Shown here in pieces: positions 1-8,232 of a stretch of DNA of 64,000 bases (positions within the stretch are counted from its first letter, which is position 1; each line of letters starts with the position of its first letter). The notes beneath the pieces were generated by a model that did no database searches, had not been told where the DNA came from, and worked only from the letters and a program-made list of their open reading frames with translations. This stretch comes from an uncultured Gemmatimonadaceae bacterium (GTDB lineage: Bacteria; Gemmatimonadota; Gemmatimonadetes; Gemmatimonadales; Gemmatimonadaceae), in assembly GCA_963781585.1 (NCBI GenBank), contig CAWAGQ010000003.1, positions 318,036 through 382,035 on the forward strand. The letters run 5' to 3'. The translations under genes and the position numbers were made by a program.

Positions 1-3000
1 GGGGCCGTTCCAGCCAACAATCGCCTGCGAATCGAAGCCCTTCGCATGGCACTCACTGATGTACGAATCGATTATCGCCGAGCTCTTGCTCTGCAATGAG
101 ATGCACCGCAGGAAACTGAGCGTGCTGAAACCGTGCACGTACGCACGATCGAGAATGAGATTCGACGGGATCTTGGCGTCGCTGTTCTGCGCCGATGAAC
201 CATCGCCCAGGTCAAGGAGAGAATTGGTGGAGGTGAGGGATGGCGCCGCCGTAATGGTAACCCCCATGATCCGCCAGCCGCACGCTCCCGGAGCGACCTT
301 GAGTGCGGCAACGTTGGTGGTCGCGCTCTGGATCTTGGCGTAGCTGGCGGCCGTTGCCGGTGTAACGCGGGTGCCCGGCGGCGGCAGCGTCGTATTCGTG
401 GTCAGCACGACCTCGCCGCACCCCGCGTGTTTCGGAAGGACGAACGTCCCCGTATACGTTGCGCCCGCGGCCAGCTGGATGATGTCGCCCGGCTGAGCCG
501 AATTCAGCGCCGACTGCAGGTTGCCTCCCGAGGGCACGTTCCACACTGTGCCGGTGGGCGGCGAATACTGGGTGTTGAGATACACCCGCGGCAGCTCCGG
601 CAGCACGCCAAGCATGCCACCGGGGGTCGTGGGCGCGGACACCGTCACGCTGGCCGATCCGACCACGCCCTCGCTCGTTGCCCTGATCTGCGCGTTCCCG
701 GCCGCCACCGCCGTCACCAGCCCCGCGGATGACACGGACGCGACGGAGGCATTCGAGCTGCTGAACGAAATCGTCCGGCCGGTGAGCATGTTGCCTGAGG
801 CGTCGCGCAGCACTACGGACGCTTGCGTTGACTGGCCGACGTAGAGCGAAGGTGAAGCCAGCGTCGTCGTCACCGAGGCGACTGGCGCAGCCGATCCGCT
901 GACCATCACGCTTGCGGAACCGGACTTGCCCCCGGTCGTGGCAACAATTGATGCCGTTCCCGCGCTCACCGCGCTGACCACACCGGACGACGACACCGTC
1001 GCCACCGATGTATTGGCGCTCGACCAGCTGATTGTCTGCCCGGATATGATGTGGCCCGACGCGTCCCTCGGCACCGCGGTCGCCTGGGTCGTCTGCCCGG
1101 CGGTGAGCGTGCTGGAGCCGAGCGTCACCGAGACTGTCGAAACCGCGAGCGGCGAGCCGCTCACCGCCGCGACCTGGATCACTACGCTCCCGCTCACTCC
1201 CTCGCTGGTCGCGGTAATGGTCACCGTGCCGGCACCCGTCGCGGTGACGAGTCCACTCGGCGACACGGTTCCAATGCTCGTGCTCGAAGAGGAATACGCG
1301 ATGGTACGCCCGCTCAGCACGTTCTCCGAATCGTCCCGCAGCGTCACCGTCAGTTGAGACGTGCCGCCCACCACGATCGCTGTGTAGGCGGCCGTGACGG
1401 TCACGGTGCTCACTGCGCCGGCCGGAGGGGCGTCCACCGTCACTGACGCTGCGCCGGATACGCCGTCTTCGGCCGTGGCAATGATCGAGCTGGTGCCAGC
1501 GGACATTGCCGAAACCGTACCGGACGCGGAGACATTGGCGACAGACCTGGGCGAACTGGACCACGTCACGTAGCGGTTCGTCAGCAGGTTGCCGTTCGCA
1601 TCTCGCAGGATGTAGTCGGCCTGGGTCGTCTGTCCTACCGCCAGCGACTCGGAGTTGAGCGTCACGTCAACCGACGCGACCTGCCCGGACGACGGAGCGG
1701 TAACGGTCACGGAAGTAGACGCCACCAGCCCGTCCACGGTGGCAGTGACGGTGGCACTTCCCTCCCCCACACCAGCTACCAGCCCCGTTGGCGACACCGC
1801 GGCCACCGCGTTGTTGCTCGAGGTCCACGACGCGGCGCGATTGACCAGAACGTTGCCGCTCGCGTCCTTCGCGGTCGCCGTGATCTGCGACGCGCTGCCG
1901 GCCAGCAGCGGGAGCGACGTGGGCGACACGGTGAGCGAAGCGGCTGGTGTCGCACTGACCGTGATCGCCGCTGTGGCGTGCAGGCCGTCTACCGACGCCG
2001 AAATCGTCGCGCTTCCCTGCGCGAACGCGTGCACGACGGAGTCGCTGAGACTGGCCACGGCGGGGTTGGAGCTCGACCAGGTGACCTTGTGGTTCGGGAT
2101 GGTCTTGCCCGACTGATCCAGCTCGCGAGCGGATAGTGTGGTGGTCTGCCCCGCGTTCAGCGACACACTGGCCGGCACGATGCTGAGGGAGGTCGGCACG
2201 GCGTTCACCACGGACAGCGAAGCGCGGCCAACGACCGCGTCAACGATCGCGCTGACCATGACATTGCCGACCGCGATCGCGGTCACCAGACCACTGGAGT
2301 TCACCGTGGCGACGGATGGGTTGGAGCTCTGCCAGGCGATCGGCCGTCCGGTGAGGACGTTGCCTGACGCGTCGGTCGTGACCGCGGTCGCCTGCATCGT
2401 TTGTCCGACGCTGAGCGATCCAGACTGAAGGTTGACGGTGACCGCGCTGGCAGGCGTGGACAGCACGGTAATGGTAGCGGTAGCGCTGGCGCCGCCGGAT
2501 TCCGCCGTAATGATCGCGAAGCCGGATGTGACGCCCGTCACCAGTCCGGTTCCCGACACGGTTGCGACTTCTGCATTCGACGACGACCAGGCGACGTTGC
2601 TGCGACTGAGCTTCTTGCCGTTGCCGTCGCGCAGTGTGGCGCTCAGCTGGGTGGTGCCCCCGGCAATGATCGAGGCGTTGGCCGGGCTCACGGTGACGCT
2701 GGCCACTCCATTGTTCTTCACGTTCATGGAAGCGGTAGCGGCGACGCCGAGGTACTGGACCTGAATCGTCGCGTCGCCGGCGCCAACCGATGTGACGACC
2801 CCGTTCGCGCCGACCATCGCAACGCCGGTATCGGACGACGTCCAAACGACATTCGTCGGAGCAATGGCGAGGCCGGATGTCAGCGTCGCCAACGCAGAGA
2901 AGCGGAGCGAATCGCCCTGATACGCGCTCACGGCGAGCGGGGATATCGAGAGCTCGGTCACGCCGCCTTCGACCTCCAGCGTGGCCGTGTCGGCGGCACC

Positions 3001-3327
3001 GGCCGCCTTCGCGATGATCTGCGTCGAGCCCGCCCCGACCGCCGTCGCGATGCCAAGGCGCGAGATGTCGATGACCGCCGGATTCGTCGCCGACCAGTCA
3101 ATCGGATGTTCGCGGACCTGGTTGAACTGGTTGACCACCCGGGCGGAGTAGGTCCGCGACGCACCCAGGGCCAGGGTATCAGCGTGTGTGGAAAGGACGA
3201 CCTTGAGTTGATCGGCGGGCGGTCCGTTGCGGCTGGTGGGTGCCAATGATTCGGAGTCACTGCACGACAAGGTTGCTGCCTGCAGGACCACCACCAAAGC
3301 CGTCATCGTCCTTCGGGACGCTCGCAT
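1..3327 (-). CDS. Large secreted/lipoprotein with 10 tandem Big_2 Ig-like repeats and a C-terminal beta-helix (pectin-lyase-like) region; 3' end lies beyond the window edge
   Basis: Absent from the ORF track (no stop in window). Manual translation from ATG 3327 (RBS AGGAGG upstream): MRASRRTMTALVVVLQAATLSC..., then ~80-90-aa repeats of type V.SV.V.P...L..GQT.Q..A..RDA.GN.L..R...WSSSN..VA.VS..G.VT...G.A.I.A, then LQSALNSAQPGDIIQLAAGATYTGTF and LDRAYVHG...CISLQS...IIDSYISECH; open to base 1. Confidence 0.9.
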   Translation of the reverse strand, partial: MRASRRTMTALVVVLQAATLSCSDSESLAPTSRNGPPADQLKVVLSTHADTLALGASRTYSARVVNQFNQVREHPIDWSATNPAVIDISRLGIATAVGAGSTQIIAKAAGAADTATLEVEGGVTELSISPLAVSAYQGDSLRFSALATLTSGLAIAPTNVVWTSSDTGVAMVGANGVVTSVGAGDATIQVQYLGVAATASMNVKNNGVASVTVSPANASIIAGGTTQLSATLRDGNGKKLSRSNVAWSSSNAEVATVSGTGLVTGVTSGFAIITAESGGASATATITVLSTPASAVTVNLQSGSLSVGQTMQATAVTTDASGNVLTGRPIAWQSSNPSVATVNSSGLVTAIAVGNVMVSAIVDAVVGRASLSVVNAVPTSLSIVPASVSLNAGQTTTLSARELDQSGKTIPNHKVTWSSSNPAVASLSDSVVHAFAQGSATISASVDGLHATAAITVSATPAASLTVSPTSLPLLAGSASQITATAKDASGNVLVNRAASWTSSNNAVAAVSPTGLVAGVGEGSATVTATVDGLVASTSVTVTAPSSGQVASVDVTLNSESLAVGQTTQADYILRDANGNLLTNRYVTWSSSPRSVANVSASGTVSAMSAGTSSIIATAEDGVSGAASVTVDAPPAGAVSTVTVTAAYTAIVVGGTSQLTVTLRDDSENVLSGRTIAYSSSSTSIGTVSPSGLVTATGAGTVTITATSEGVSGSVVIQVAAVSGSPLAVSTVSVTLGSSTLTAGQTTQATAVPRDASGHIISGQTISWSSANTSVATVSSSGVVSAVSAGTASIVATTGGKSGSASVMVSGSAAPVASVTTTLASPSLYVGQSTQASVVLRDASGNMLTGRTISFSSSNASVASVSSAGLVTAVAAGNAQIRATSEGVVGSASVTVSAPTTPGGMLGVLPELPRVYLNTQYSPPTGTVWNVPSGGNLQSALNSAQPGDIIQLAAGATYTGTFVLPKHAGCGEVVLTTNTTLPPPGTRVTPATAASYAKIQSATTNVAALKVAPGACGWRIMGVTITAAPSLTSTNSLLDLGDGSSAQNSDAKIPSNLILDRAYVHGFSTLSFLRCISLQSKSSAIIDSYISECHAKGFDSQAIVGWNGP

Positions 3328-3345
3328 GAATCCCTCCTGGGAACG

Positions 3346-3438
3346 TTCGGCGGCTCAGCCGGCGTGGCGCCTGGGCGGCGCGGTAGCCCCGTTTGCTTTG
3401 CGTGACTCACCGGCTTTCGCCGGGGTTGCCTTTGTCGC
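3346..3438 (-). ncRNA. Cyclic di-GMP-I (GEMM-I) riboswitch
   Basis: Minus strand reads CGACAAAGGCAACCCCGGC-GAAA-GCCGGUGAGUCACGCAAAGCAAACGGGGCUAC...CACGCCGGCUGAGCCGCCGAA. It shows the GGCAA start, GAAA-tetraloop P2, ACGCAAAGC junction and 3' GCC-GAA, and ends a few nt before the RBS of the Ig-repeat gene. Confidence 0.85.
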
Positions 3439-3898
3439 GCCCTCCGTCCGGAGGACTGCGATCCTGCCGCGCTTCCTCGTTTGATGAACGAGAACCGTGA
3501 GTACTGCGTGCCTGCGCGATGCTGCCTGGACTCCGTCGATTTGACGAGTTAACCGAAGGCGGGTCACGTCTCTCAACTTCTTCTCATCCAAGCAGTTCAG
3601 TTGCTTCAACCATCGGGCATTTCTCACAACGCCAACGTGTTCTTGCTCGCCCGCTGCTGCACGATGCGGCAATGGAATCACGAAACGCGTTGCCTCGGCA
3701 CCGACTACTATCGGTGCGTTAGGCGCGACACTTTAACGCGTGGCACCGCTCACGTCCAGAGAAAATGTGCACGTCACCGAATTGGATTCTTCATGGCGCG
3801 GTTGTGGACCTGCGCACGTGCGCACTGTGTCCTCGCCGGCAGTGTGAGTCACCGTCGATCGCCGCCGTTCGGTGACGCACAACACACTGCATGCGGAC

Positions 3899-5014
3899 CT
3901 ACCACACGTCCCAGCGCCCGCGCAGACCATTCCACATCGCCGCCACGACTGCGGCCTGCACGAGGATCCACGTCTGCGCAGCATGAAACGCGACCGCCAG
4001 CGCGCGTCCGCGGGTCGCGACGCTTGCAACGACGACCGTCAGAGCGAGAGCCACAATCCAGGATGGGCGATGGACCGCGGCGGTCGCGAGACGAGTGCCG
4101 TACACCGCCACACACACCAGTGCGAGATAGGGCGTCAGCAGGCGAACGAGCTTGTGCAGCACGAACTGGAGCCAGACGGGGTTGCGTATCGGGACCAGCA
4201 CCGCCGGAAGCCAGGCACAGAGTTGCAGGACCCCGGTCTGCGTGCGCGCCTTCCTGCGGAACTCCCGCACCGGCATCAACGGCCGCTCCTCTCGGGCGCG
4301 GGCCGCGTCCACGAAGGCGACCCGGTCACCTTCCAGAACCAGCCGCATGGGCGTGTAGAGATCATCGAGAATCAGGCCGGCGGGAAGCGGCTTCCATCGA
4401 TCCCTCCGCATCGCCCAGATGGCGCCGGTGGCACCGATGGTCGAGTGCAGCCGCGCCTCGCTCCGCCGCAACCAGACCTCCAGGCGCCAGTACAACTGCA
4501 CCGGCAACGCCTCGATACCCTGCGGGGGGAGCTCGAGCCGGCCCGACGCCGCCGCCCAGCGTCCCCTCAGCGCGCCGACCAGCGCGTCGATGGCGGTCGG
4601 CGCAAAGCGCTGGTACGTGTCCGTGAACACCAGAACGTCGCCGATGGCACCCTCGACGCCGGCGTTGAGACTTGCCGCCTTGCCGCCGACCGGGCCTCCG
4701 CGCACCACGCGCACACGCGCCTCCGTCGCCCCGTAGTCTTCAGGGTCCCGCATCTCCACGGAGGCATCGACCGCCACCACCACTTCGAGCCGCGACGCGT
4801 CATAGTCCGTTGCCAGGATATCCCGGACCCGCGCGCGGACCGCGTCAGCATCCTCGCGGGTGGCGAGAACCACGGAGACCAACGGTCGTTCGCTGGCGGG
4901 AGTCGGAGCGGTCGTCCGGCGCAGCATGGCAAGGAGCGCCACAACCACCGGGTACCCGATCCAGACCGCGACCAGCGTCCACGCGCTCGCGAGCGCCAGA
5001 TCGGAGAGGGTCAT
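3899..5014 (-). CDS. Glycosyltransferase family 2, membrane-associated, polysaccharide biosynthesis
   Basis: N-terminal TM with YP, VSVVLA, GGKAASLN, VFTDT (DxD-like), GATGAIWAMRR, ILDDLY, EFRRKART, C-terminal TMs. Confidence 0.9.
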   Translation of the reverse strand: MTLSDLALASAWTLVAVWIGYPVVVALLAMLRRTTAPTPASERPLVSVVLATREDADAVRARVRDILATDYDASRLEVVVAVDASVEMRDPEDYGATEARVRVVRGGPVGGKAASLNAGVEGAIGDVLVFTDTYQRFAPTAIDALVGALRGRWAAASGRLELPPQGIEALPVQLYWRLEVWLRRSEARLHSTIGATGAIWAMRRDRWKPLPAGLILDDLYTPMRLVLEGDRVAFVDAARAREERPLMPVREFRRKARTQTGVLQLCAWLPAVLVPIRNPVWLQFVLHKLVRLLTPYLALVCVAVYGTRLATAAVHRPSWIVALALTVVVASVATRGRALAVAFHAAQTWILVQAAVVAAMWNGLRGRWDVW

Positions 5015-5202
5015 CAGGGGCAAGACCCTGAACGAGGGTTCGGTGCGCGGTCAGCGGCGGGAACCTCCGGCGCGATCACGACGCGAATATATGGTGGTGC
5101 GCATCAACGGCGAAGCACGCAAGTGTCGTGGTGGTGGTCGCCGAGGCATCTTTTTGATACGTGGCGGACACCCCCGGACGCATGGAGCGCTCGAATCCAA
5201 CG

Positions 5203-6456
5203 ATGACCCGGATCGCACGCCTTGGATTGGGAAGCGCCGTCGGTCTCATTCTCGTCGCCACGCTTACTCCTGTTGCCGGTCCGACTTCCGGGCTCTGGCA
5301 CTGGTGCGTCCTCTGCGGCGGCCGGGGCGGGATCGACGCGCTGCAGAACATCGTTCTCTTCTTCCCGCTTGGCGTCGTGCTGCGTACGGCGGATCGTCCG
5401 GTGCGGGTGGCGGCGGTGGTGGGGGCATTGCTCTCCACCACGGTGGAGCTTCTGCAGTGGCGCCTCGACATCGGCCGCGATGCGGCACTGGGCGATGTGG
5501 TGATGAACACCGCCGGTTGCATGCTCGGCGCCGCGCTCACGCCACTGCTGCGTGTTGTCCTGGCCCCGACGATCGCGCAGGCGCGCGTCTGCGCGATTGT
5601 CGGGGCCATGACGTGGGGCGCGCTCGTCTCGCTCTGCGACTGGCTGGTGGTGCCGTGGATTCCGGCCGGTCCCTTTATCAGTGAGTGGGGAGGAATCGCG
5701 CCCCAACCCGAGCGAAGATTCGATGGCTCGGTGTTGCATGTGGATCTCAATGGAATCCCGCTTCTGCCCCTGGCCCGGGTGGAGCCCGCGCAGGCCGTCC
5801 GCGAAGCGCTTCGCGCGCCGGTGTCGAAGGTTCGCGCGGAAGTCATTCCCGGAACGGTTTCATCCCGGGCAGTGTTCGTCTTCGATCTGACCGGACCCTT
5901 CACGGCCGTCGTGTCGATCTCGCAGGCTGGACGCGACCTGCTCTGTGCTCGCTCGGTACGAGCCGACCGCCTGAGGCTCCGGTCTCCGCACGTCCTGGTC
6001 CGCGACATCCTCATGCCTGGCGACCGCGGCGCCCGTGCCGACACGTTGCGCTTCGAGTGCAATCTGGACGCGGGACGGGTTGTCGCTCGGGCCCTGATGC
6101 GCGGGCAACGCGGGGAGAGCGTGTTGCCGCTGACACCCGGAGTGGGAGCGACGGTGCTCCTTCCCGACCCGGGAGAGGTCGTCACGAAGCACCCGGACCT
6201 CGCGTACCTGTGGCTGGCCCTGCTCTCGGTTCCGATGGGCTTCTGGAGCGCGCGGTTCACGTCAGGCCGGAGGCGCCGGGCGATGGGCATGCTCGCGGCA
6301 ATCAGTGTTGTCGTCGGCGTCGCGCTGGATGTCGTGCCCCGGGTGCTTGGCACGCTGGCGGCGCCGCCATCGGAGCACCTCGCCGTCATCGCCGGCGTTC
6401 TCATCGGTGCCGCCGGCGGCGCGTTCAGGCGCCCCGCCGAGTCCGACGCGCGCTGA
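5203..6456 (+). CDS. VanZ-family membrane protein with extended soluble domain
   Basis: DALQNIVLFFPLG ... LSTTVELLQ ... GRDAALGDVVMNTAG is the VanZ signature. Start could be 5182 or 5203. Confidence 0.8.
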   Translation: MTRIARLGLGSAVGLILVATLTPVAGPTSGLWHWCVLCGGRGGIDALQNIVLFFPLGVVLRTADRPVRVAAVVGALLSTTVELLQWRLDIGRDAALGDVVMNTAGCMLGAALTPLLRVVLAPTIAQARVCAIVGAMTWGALVSLCDWLVVPWIPAGPFISEWGGIAPQPERRFDGSVLHVDLNGIPLLPLARVEPAQAVREALRAPVSKVRAEVIPGTVSSRAVFVFDLTGPFTAVVSISQAGRDLLCARSVRADRLRLRSPHVLVRDILMPGDRGARADTLRFECNLDAGRVVARALMRGQRGESVLPLTPGVGATVLLPDPGEVVTKHPDLAYLWLALLSVPMGFWSARFTSGRRRRAMGMLAAISVVVGVALDVVPRVLGTLAAPPSEHLAVIAGVLIGAAGGAFRRPAESDAR

Positions 6457-6625
6457 GCCATGCGCCCTGATCCCACGGGTCGCCCCGCGTTAGGCACCGG
6501 GCTGCGCACAGTCCGGGTCTCGCCCCACCGCCTGACGCCGCGCTCAATGCCCCGCCGCAGGATGATGGCGTGATCCTGCCGACGCGCCACTTGCCGCAGC
6601 AAACGCGACTTCACACTATTCACCG

Positions 6626-7216
6626 GTGATCAGCGTACTCGCCGCCTTCGACGTCGTCTACGGCGTCCTGCGCGTGGCTTTCTTTGTGCTCGCGGCGATT
6701 CTGACAGTGGTCGCGCTGGTGGACTGGCTCGTTCGCACCCGCCGCATCAGCCCGTTCAGCCCCGTGGCACGCTTCTTCCGGCAATCCGTCGATCCCGTGT
6801 TCGTGCCCGTGGAGCGACGTCTCGTGCGCGCGGGCGGGCTGCCCACTGCGGCACCCTGGTGGACTCTCGCCGCCGTAGTGCTCGCCGGAATCATCCTGCT
6901 CAGTCTGCTCGGATTCATTCGCGGCCAACTGTTGCGCACCATGTTCGCCGTGGAAAATGGTCCAGGCGGCATCTATCGACTTCTGGTCACCTGGACATTC
7001 TCGATTCTCGAACTCGCGATTATCGTTCGCGTGCTGTGTTCGTGGGTTCGAATCTCGCCGTACTCCAAGTGGGTGCGATGGTCGTTCACGCTTTCCGAAC
7101 CGATCCTGCGTCCGCTCCGGTCGTTCATTCCGACGCTGGGGATGATCGACGTCACGCCGATCGTGGCCTTCATCGTGCTCCGAATCCTCCAGGGCCTGCT
7201 GATCCGGCTCCTATGA
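6626..7216 (+). CDS. yggT: YggT family membrane protein (two YGGT repeats)
   Basis: Duplicated motif ISPFS..FFRQSVDPVFVPVER / ISPYS..SEPILRPLRSFIPTLGMIDVTPIVA; adjacent to yggU. Confidence 0.9.
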   Translation: MISVLAAFDVVYGVLRVAFFVLAAILTVVALVDWLVRTRRISPFSPVARFFRQSVDPVFVPVERRLVRAGGLPTAAPWWTLAAVVLAGIILLSLLGFIRGQLLRTMFAVENGPGGIYRLLVTWTFSILELAIIVRVLCSWVRISPYSKWVRWSFTLSEPILRPLRSFIPTLGMIDVTPIVAFIVLRILQGLLIRLL

Positions 7217-7518
7217 CCGGACTGGCGGTGGATCGGCGCGGAACGGCGCTGCGTTTTGCCGTGCGGGTGCAACCGCGGGCCGCGCGCAATGAGGTGGCCG
7301 GTGTCCAGGGAGTGGCGCTCAAGGTGCGCCTCAACGCGCCGCCGGTGGACGGCGCTGCCAACGAGGCCCTGGTGAGATTTCTGGCGCGGGCCCTGGGCGT
7401 CGCGCCGCGTCAGGTTCGTATCGTGTCGGGAGCCACCGCGCGACTCAAGACCATTGAGGTGGAAGGCATCGATCCCAAGCACCTGGACCGCCTGACGACG
7501 CAGGCCTCCGGCCTGTGA
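7213..7518 (+). CDS. yggU: DUF167 / YggU family protein
   Basis: VRVQPRA..EVAG..LKVRLNAPPVDGAANEALVRFLA..IVSGATARLK; ATGA overlap with yggT stop. Confidence 0.92.
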   Translation: MTGLAVDRRGTALRFAVRVQPRAARNEVAGVQGVALKVRLNAPPVDGAANEALVRFLARALGVAPRQVRIVSGATARLKTIEVEGIDPKHLDRLTTQASGL

Positions 7519-7593
7519 CCTCTGGCCTGTGGCCTCCGAGCTATGACCTGGGGCCTCCGACCTTTGGCCTGTGGCCTCTGACCTTTGGCCTCT
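7503..7593. repeat. Tandem degenerate heptamer repeat, 13 units, consensus GRCCTNY
   Basis: GGCCTCC GGCCTGT GACCTCT GGCCTGT GGCCTCC GAGCTAT GACCTGG GGCCTCC GACCTTT GGCCTGT GGCCTCT GACCTTT GGCCTCT in unbroken 7-bp register. Confidence 0.92.
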
Positions 7594-7597
7594 ACCA

Positions 7598-8011
7598 ATG
7601 ATCCTCGTCCTCGGCACCAACGATGCACTGCTGGAAGGGCTCGCCCAGGCGCTCGCGGCCAGCGGACAGCCAGTCTCCGTGGCCAAGACCATAGACGACG
7701 CCGAGGACGCGGCAAGGCGTCATGCGCCTCTGTTGCTCATCGCGGACCGGTCCCGACTGGCCCGAACCGACGGGAGCCGACTCGCTCGGCTGGCGTTCGC
7801 CGCCGGAGGCGCGGTAGTGGCATATCGCAGTCACGACGAGCCGGCCGAGACACTCGCCCTCCCCTCCGAGCTGGCGCGCATGACCCTGGCCGATCTGGAG
7901 CTGCCACTCGAACGCAACCGATTGGTCGCGCTCGCGGTGTACGTGGTGGCGCGGGCGCGCGAGGTTGGTCGGGTGCAGCCCGACACGCCGCCGGCCTCGC
8001 CCGGTCCGTAA
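7598..8011 (+). CDS. Hypothetical protein, degenerate CheY-like receiver fold
   Basis: MILVLG..DALLEGLAQAL...VSVAKTIDDA..PLLLIAD follows the receiver beta/alpha pattern, but the acidic pair and conserved Lys are missing. Confidence 0.65.
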   Translation: MILVLGTNDALLEGLAQALAASGQPVSVAKTIDDAEDAARRHAPLLLIADRSRLARTDGSRLARLAFAAGGAVVAYRSHDEPAETLALPSELARMTLADLELPLERNRLVALAVYVVARAREVGRVQPDTPPASPGP

Positions 8012-8122
8012 CATCGGCATGAGGCTTGCTCTGCTTTTGCACGACCGCTATACGTGAAGACAGACGAAAAACGAGCGGCCGCTCGCCTGGTGCTGCGAAC
8101 GGCCACTCGAACACTAAAATCC

Positions 8123-8172
8123 GCCGTGGCGATTTAGGGCAACTTGCGGCCACGTAAAACAATCCGCTAAAG
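8123..8172 (+). ncRNA. SAM-II (SAM-alpha type) riboswitch
   Basis: GCCGUGGCGAUUUAGGGCAACUUGCGGCCACGUAAAACAAUCCGCUAAAG: P1 CGUGGC/GCCACG, conserved GAUUU and 3' GCUAAA; located in the metH leader. Confidence 0.85.
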
Positions 8173-8175
8173 CGC

Positions 8176-8208
8176 CGGCCGGGCGCTCATGCGCTGGGCC
8201 GCTTTCTT
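8176..8208 (+). terminator. Terminator-like hairpin between the SAM-II aptamer and metH
   Basis: CGGCCGGGCGC-TCAT-GCGCTGGGCCG (11-bp stem, one mismatch) followed by CTTTCTT. Confidence 0.6.
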
Positions 8209-8232
8209 ATCCTCCATCCCCCCACCTTCCTC

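Noticed and set aside
212..3249. ORF-track calls over the first 3.3 kb
   Set aside because: Off-frame or antisense shadows of the Ig-repeat gene; stop-poor frames are expected at this GC content.
6489..6495. GTTAGGC integron core-like sites (also near 3718 and 53356)
   Set aside because: No matching inverse core at attC spacing, no integrase and no cassette organisation.
7503..7593. CRISPR array
   Set aside because: 7-bp tandem units with no spacers, and no cas genes in the window.
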